This document shows, piece after piece, positions 59,146-64,000 of a stretch of DNA of 64,000 bases. The stretch's first letter is position 1. Each line of letters opens with the position of its first letter. The notes below the pieces were generated by a model. That model did no database searches and was not told the origin of the DNA. It was given only the letters and a program-made list of their open reading frames with translations. The stretch comes from Geopsychrobacteraceae bacterium (GTDB lineage: Bacteria > Desulfobacterota > Desulfuromonadia > Desulfuromonadales > Geopsychrobacteraceae): contig CAXXTB010000002.1 of assembly GCA_963676795.2 (NCBI GenBank), forward strand, positions 32,001-96,000, written 5' to 3'. A program made the position numbers and the translations under genes.

Positions 59146-60698
59146 ATGCAAAGTAAAGAAGAGGTGTTGGCCAAGGTCATCAAGGGCGGTTCGTTGCCGA
59201 CCCTGTCAACCGTTGCCTCAACGCTGATCAATATCACCGGCAAGGAAGAGACGACAATCTACGATATTACCAGGTTGATCGCTCAGGACGTTTCGCTGTC
59301 GACCAAGATCCTCAAGGTCGTCAACTCGTCTTTCTATAATTTCCCCAACGAGGTCGGAACCATTCAGCAGGCGGTGGCAATCCTGGGGACCAACGCGGTG
59401 CGCAGCCTGGTTCTGTCGTTCTCTTTTCTCAATATGGAACGCCCCAGACACGGTGCCGGTTTCAGCTATGAACAGTTCTGGGAGGAGTCGCTGGCAGCTG
59501 CCGTCGCATCAAAGCTGATTATGGCCAAGGTAAGTGATCAGGATCCGGAGGATGCTTTACCGTCAGTCTTTTGCAGAATCTTGGCAAGCTGATCCTCGCC
59601 TGTGCCTTCAAGGAGCAGTATGATGCCCTGCTTGAAGAATCGGAAGGGAGCGAACAGCGTCTGCTGGAGCTCGAGGAAGAGCGGCTCGGGGCCAGCCACG
59701 CCTATATCGGAGCTGAAGCGGCCAGGATCTGGAATTTTCCGGAAAGCCTGAGGGTCCCGATCGGTTGTCACCATGATCCGGCCAGTTGCGATGTCAAGGA
59801 TCCGGCACTCAAGACGGTCGTTCAGGTTGTTCACCTGGCGGCACTCTGCGCCAACATCATGTATTCCGGCAAGCCGATCGATTATCACGCGCCTTTCCGT
59901 GAACGGGCGCGCAAGATGTTCCGTCTCGATGCCAGGGCGATCGATGATATTCTCGCCCGGGTCGATGTCGAGGTGGCAAAAGCAGCAGACTATTTCGGGC
60001 TGAAAATCAAGGGGACAGCGTCTATTCCGGAGCTGTTGCAGCAGGCCAATATCGAACTCAGTCTGCTCAATATGAGTTACGAACAGATGAACAGGGAACT
60101 GGTTCAGGCCAAGATGAAGCTGGAAAAGCTGACGGCCGAACTGGAGGAGAAGAATGCCTATCTGGAAGGGATCGCCAATCTCGATGGTTTGACCGAGATT
60201 TACAATCATCGTTTTTTTCAGGAATTTCTCGACCGCGAGCTGAGCCGTTCACAACGTCTGGGAAATCAGCTCAGTCTGGTTTTGAGCGATATCGACAACT
60301 TCAAGAAATTCAACGACTTTTATGGCCATCAGGCTGGCGACTATGTCCTCAAGGAGTTCGCCGCGCTGTGCAAGGGACTGATCCGTGAATACGACCTGCT
60401 GGCCCGTTACGGTGGCGAGGAGTTTGTTATTGTCCTGCCTGAGGCCAGCGCCGCTGATGCCGGGGTGGTGGCTGAGAAGCTGCGTGAAGCGATCGCCGCG
60501 CATGAATTTTCCTATGCAGGCGAGACCTACACTGTAACCAGCAGCTTCGGGGTCGCCGTTTATGAGCCGGGACCCAAGCCGCTCAAGAAAAACGAACTGA
60601 TAGAGCGCGCCGACAAGGCACTCTACCAGGCCAAGAAAAAAGGGCGTAATCGGGTTGAACTCTTCAGTGAAAAGAGCGGCTGGTTCGGCAAGAAGTGA
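59146..60698 (+). pseudogene. HDOD-GGDEF diguanylate cyclase split by a 1-nt frameshift at about 59556-59558 (true lesion or sequencing error)
   Basis: Adding one T to GCTTTACC restores ...EDAFTVSLLQNLGKL and joins ORFs 59146-59592 and 59571-60698. RYGGEEF is intact. Confidence 0.85.
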
Positions 60699-60873
60699 AA
60701 AGTCAGTCGTAAGCTATAAGCCTGTAAGGGACGGGCAGTTAAGTGCCGTCCTGCTGTGGACTTTTTTTTTGATTTGTCAGATAATGACAAGTTCATTGGT
60801 TAACGAAGCACGGGGTGGCAGCAGTCGACCTCGTGCTTTTGTATTGAATAGGCAAGCAAGAAAAGGAATGAAG

Positions 60874-62271
60874 ATGCTTGATCAGAAGATTATCGCCGCT
60901 CTGGAGCAGATCTGCGGCAAGGAATATGTTTCGACCCTCAAGGCTGACCTGATCTGCTATTCCTACGATGCCACCCAGAAGCAGTTCCTGCCCGATGTTG
61001 TCGTCCATCCGGCCAACACTGAAGAGATCAGCCGGATCATGAAGCTGGCCAACGACAACTGTTTTCCGGTTTTCCCGCGTGGTGCGGGCAGCGGCTTTAC
61101 CGGGGGCAGCCTGCCGGTTGGCGGTGGAGCGGTCATGGTTCTGACTCGTCTCGACCGGATTCTTGAGATCGACGATGAGAACCTGGTGGCGACGGTTGAG
61201 CCCGGCGTGGTCACCGAGGACTTTCAGAAAGCGGTTGAAAAGGTCGGCCTCTTCTACCCGCCCGATCCTGCGTCTCTGAAGATGTCGACCCTCGGGGGCA
61301 ATGTTGCCGAATGTGCCGGTGGCCCGCGCTGCGTCAAGTACGGGGTGACCAAGGACTACATCATCGGCCTCGAAATCGTCACTCCGACCGGCGATGTCAT
61401 CAAGACCGGCGGCCCGACCATGAAGGGGGTTGTCGGTTACGATCTGACCAAGCTGATCTGCGGCAGCGAGGGGACTCTGGCCGTTATCACCAAGATTGTT
61501 GTCAAGCTGCTGCCGAAGCCGGAAGCGAAAAAGACCATGCTGGTGCTTTTCGATTCGATCGATGGCGCTGCCCAGGCGGTCTCCAGCATTATCCGCAACA
61601 AGATCATCCCGACCACCCTCGAGTTCATGGACGGCCGGACCGTCGACTGTGTCCGTCAGGCGACCTCGCTGGAACTGTCTGAGCAGGCCAACGCGGTACT
61701 GATCATCGAGGTCGACGGCGACCGCGAGTTCCTTGACAAGCAGGCTGCTAAAATCGCCGAGATCATCAGGCCGCTCGGTGTGGTTGATACCAGGATCGCC
61801 GAGACTCCGGAAGAGAGCGAGGCGCTCTGGCAGGTGCGCCGCTCTGTTTCGGCGTCCTTGCGCCGGGTCAATCCGGACAAGTTCAACGAGGACATCTGTG
61901 TACCGCGCTCCAAGGTCCCTGAGATGATCCGCAAGATCGACAGGATTGCCGACAAGTACGGTATTCCCATCGTCAATTTCGGCCACGCCGGAGACGGCAA
62001 TATTCATGTCAACGTCATGATCGACAGCAAGATCGAAGGGGAGCAGGAAAAGGCCGACCGGGCCATCGAAGAGGTCTTTGCCGGTGCTCTCGAGCTCGGC
62101 GGAACCATGAGCGGCGAGCACGGAGTGGGGATCATGAAGGCTCCTTACCTGCAGATGGAGCTGGCTGATGCCTCGATCGACTACATGAAAACCCTCAAGC
62201 GCGCCCTCGATCCGAACAATATCCTCAATCCGGGGAAGATCTTCCCCAGCGACAGGGCTGCGCAGCACTGA
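60874..62271 (+). CDS. glcD: FAD-linked oxidase, glycolate oxidase/D-lactate dehydrogenase subunit
   Basis: PRGAGSG..GG, YPPDPAS, GGPRCVKYGVT, GHAGDGNIH, SGEHGVG, LNPGK. Confidence 0.88.
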   Translation: MLDQKIIAALEQICGKEYVSTLKADLICYSYDATQKQFLPDVVVHPANTEEISRIMKLANDNCFPVFPRGAGSGFTGGSLPVGGGAVMVLTRLDRILEIDDENLVATVEPGVVTEDFQKAVEKVGLFYPPDPASLKMSTLGGNVAECAGGPRCVKYGVTKDYIIGLEIVTPTGDVIKTGGPTMKGVVGYDLTKLICGSEGTLAVITKIVVKLLPKPEAKKTMLVLFDSIDGAAQAVSSIIRNKIIPTTLEFMDGRTVDCVRQATSLELSEQANAVLIIEVDGDREFLDKQAAKIAEIIRPLGVVDTRIAETPEESEALWQVRRSVSASLRRVNPDKFNEDICVPRSKVPEMIRKIDRIADKYGIPIVNFGHAGDGNIHVNVMIDSKIEGEQEKADRAIEEVFAGALELGGTMSGEHGVGIMKAPYLQMELADASIDYMKTLKRALDPNNILNPGKIFPSDRAAQH

Positions 62272-62302
62272 AAAAATCACCCCCCTGGTCGCGATACTCC
62301 CT

Positions 62303-62325
62303 TCCCCCCTATTTTATAGGGGGGA
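62303..62325. repeat. 23-bp palindrome TCCCCCCTATTTTATAGGGGGGA, copy 1
   Basis: Identical to 63665-63687. Confidence 0.85.
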
Positions 62326-62380
62326 TAAAAGGGGGGTCGGTTTAATAGATTCAAGTTGGACCTTAGGAGCACTAAGTTAA

Positions 62381-63640
62381 ATGGCAAAACTTAAAGATCT
62401 GGAAGAATACCGCGCTGAGATCGAACAGTGCGTCAAGTGCGGCGCCTGTCGGGCCCATTGCCCGGCTTTTGGCGCGGTCAAGCATGAAGGGCGGGTGGCC
62501 CGTGGCAAGATTGCCCTGGCCGACTCACTGCTCAAGGGTGACATCGACCTCGAGGAGCGTTTTCTCCTCGATATGTCGCAGTGTCTGCTCTGTGGCAGCT
62601 GCTACGGGCAGTGCCCGAACAAGGTCAAGACCGAGGATATCGTTGCGGCAACCCGGCGCGAGATCGCCAAGCGCAAAGGCTTGTCGACCTTTGGTAAGGG
62701 GGTGTCGACCGTTCTCAAACACCAGGGGTTGATGAATACCCTGGCCAAGAGTGGTGCGGCCTTTTCCAAGCTGCTGTTCAAGAAGGTTCCCGAAGGGAGC
62801 GGTCTGCGTCTGCGCTTCCCGGCCCCCTTCATCAGCTCCGACCGGACCCTGCCGCCGCTGACCGCTAAGCCATTCCGCGAGCGTCATCCCGAGGTCATCG
62901 AGGGAGAGGCTGGTGCGCCGCGCGTCCTGTTCTTCACCGGTTGTGGTATCAACTACATGTACCCGGACAGTGGCGAGGCCCTGCTCAAGGCGCTTAAGTT
63001 TCTCGGCGTGACGGTGATTATTCCCAAGGATCAGCAGTGCTGCGGTCTGCCCGCGGTTTCCGCCGGAGCGGCCGCTACTGTCGAGTCACTGGCTGAAAAC
63101 AACCTGGCGATGTTTGCCAGACATGACTACGATTATATCGTTACCGCCTGTGCGTCCTGCCATTCCGGCCTGACTCAGATCTACCCGGATATGGGCGAAG
63201 AGTTTGGCGCACTTAAGGACAAGGTCCGTGACATCTTTGTCTTCCTGGTCGAGCAGGGGCTGCCGGATAAACTGAACGCACTGCCGAAGGCCGCTTCGCC
63301 GCTCAAGGTGACCTATCACGATCCCTGTCACCTGCGGAATCACGGCATCACCAAACAGCCGCGGGCGATTCTCAAGGCCTTGCCGCAGGTCGAATACATC
63401 GAGATGGAAAATGCCGGCAGCTGTTGCGGCCTGGGCGGAACCTATTCGGTCTACCACTACGACACCAGCAAGCTGATCGGTGCGAAAAAGGCCGACAGTA
63501 TTATGTCCAGCGGTGCCGACCTGGTGGCGACCGACTGTCCCGGCTGTATCATGCAGCTGCAGGACAATATCAATCATGCCGGCGGCAAGCAGCAGGCCCT
63601 GCACATTCTCGACCTGCTCGCTGAGGCGCTGCCGGATTGA
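62381..63640 (+). CDS. glcF: Fe-S / CCG-domain subunit of glycolate oxidase/lactate dehydrogenase
   Basis: CVKCGACRAHCP, CLLCGSCYGQCP, CCG twice, YHDPCHL, DCPGCIMQ. Confidence 0.85.
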   Translation: MAKLKDLEEYRAEIEQCVKCGACRAHCPAFGAVKHEGRVARGKIALADSLLKGDIDLEERFLLDMSQCLLCGSCYGQCPNKVKTEDIVAATRREIAKRKGLSTFGKGVSTVLKHQGLMNTLAKSGAAFSKLLFKKVPEGSGLRLRFPAPFISSDRTLPPLTAKPFRERHPEVIEGEAGAPRVLFFTGCGINYMYPDSGEALLKALKFLGVTVIIPKDQQCCGLPAVSAGAAATVESLAENNLAMFARHDYDYIVTACASCHSGLTQIYPDMGEEFGALKDKVRDIFVFLVEQGLPDKLNALPKAASPLKVTYHDPCHLRNHGITKQPRAILKALPQVEYIEMENAGSCCGLGGTYSVYHYDTSKLIGAKKADSIMSSGADLVATDCPGCIMQLQDNINHAGGKQQALHILDLLAEALPD

Positions 63641-63664
63641 GAAGCTAAAACTGACCCCCCTCAA

Positions 63665-63687
63665 TCCCCCCTATTTTATAGGGGGGA
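63665..63687. repeat. 23-bp palindrome, copy 2
   Basis: Identical to 62303-62325; followed by a lone nonamer right arm at 63717-63743. Confidence 0.85.
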
Positions 63688-63823
63688 AGCGAGTTTGCGA
63701 GCAGGGGGGTGTTTTTCTCTGTGTTCTCAGTGTCTCCGTGGTTCAGCTTTGATTTCTTGTCTTCTCTTTGAAACTTCCCCTATCTTGGTTAAACTGATCT
63801 GACCATATCGCCAAGGAGCAGAG

Positions 63824-64000
63824 ATGTCACAACCAGAATCATCGTCCCGGTCTATTTTTCGTCATCGACTGCATGAGATTATTTTTGAAGCGGATACCCC
63901 CGGCGGAAAATTGTTCGATGTCGCCCTGATCCTCTGCATCATTTTCAGTGTCATCGTCGTCATGCTCGACAGTGTTGCTTCCATTCAGCGCAGTTATGGA
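63824..64000 (+). CDS. Ion transporter / voltage-gated K+ channel family protein, 3'-truncated
   Basis: My translation: MSQPESSSRSIFRHRLHEIIFEADTPGGKLFDVALILCIIFSVIVVMLDSV...; AAGGAG RBS upstream. Not in the supplied ORF track. Confidence 0.7.
   Translation, partial: MSQPESSSRSIFRHRLHEIIFEADTPGGKLFDVALILCIIFSVIVVMLDSVASIQRSYG

Noticed and set aside
1..64000. tRNA, rRNA, riboswitch, IS transposase or prophage genes
   Set aside because: None recognised by eye. A covariance-model scan would be needed to exclude small RNAs, especially in the gaps at 28.7-29.0, 33.7-34.1 and 46.7-46.96 kb.

Overview
Bacterial chromosomal window, probably from a Desulfuromonadales-type deltaproteobacterium (inferred from gene content, not from a search). 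Layout: (1) 1-21.7 kb is a Wzx/Wzy surface-polysaccharide locus. It holds an SLBB export protein, a Wzz-like co-polymerase, wbpB/D/E, wzx, wzy, glycosyltransferases, a fused amidotransferase, a methyltransferase, an aldo/keto reductase, a TPP E1 alpha/beta pair and a CapD/PglF-type dehydratase, and its core is visibly AT-rich. (2) 21.9-28.7 kb has sulfate-activation genes (DUF2061-APS kinase, cysD, cysNC, cysQ) and galE. (3) A 1557-aa CoA-substrate activase-family gene, a sigma54 activator and a membrane diguanylate cyclase follow. (4) A minus-strand chemotaxis cluster carries a heme-c MCP, a dual-Hpt CheA and several CheX-like genes. (5) The rest is pcnB, miaA, a split glutamate synthase, ilvE, a frameshifted HDOD-GGDEF gene, glcD/glcF-like genes and a partial ion channel. 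The most striking signal is non-coding. Small accessory genes (a four-helix-bundle protein, an MNT-HEPN pair, a GxxExxY protein) sit like cassettes between bipartite, self-complementary repeat junctions. Heptamer-periodic junctions lie at 2.4, 2.9 and 3.9 kb, with a minimal copy at 21.7 kb. Nonamer-periodic hairpin elements of about 110 bp lie at 22.7, 23.8, 25.8 and 26.4-26.8 kb. No integrase, transposase, reverse transcriptase or cas gene is in the window. All product calls are by motif recognition only.
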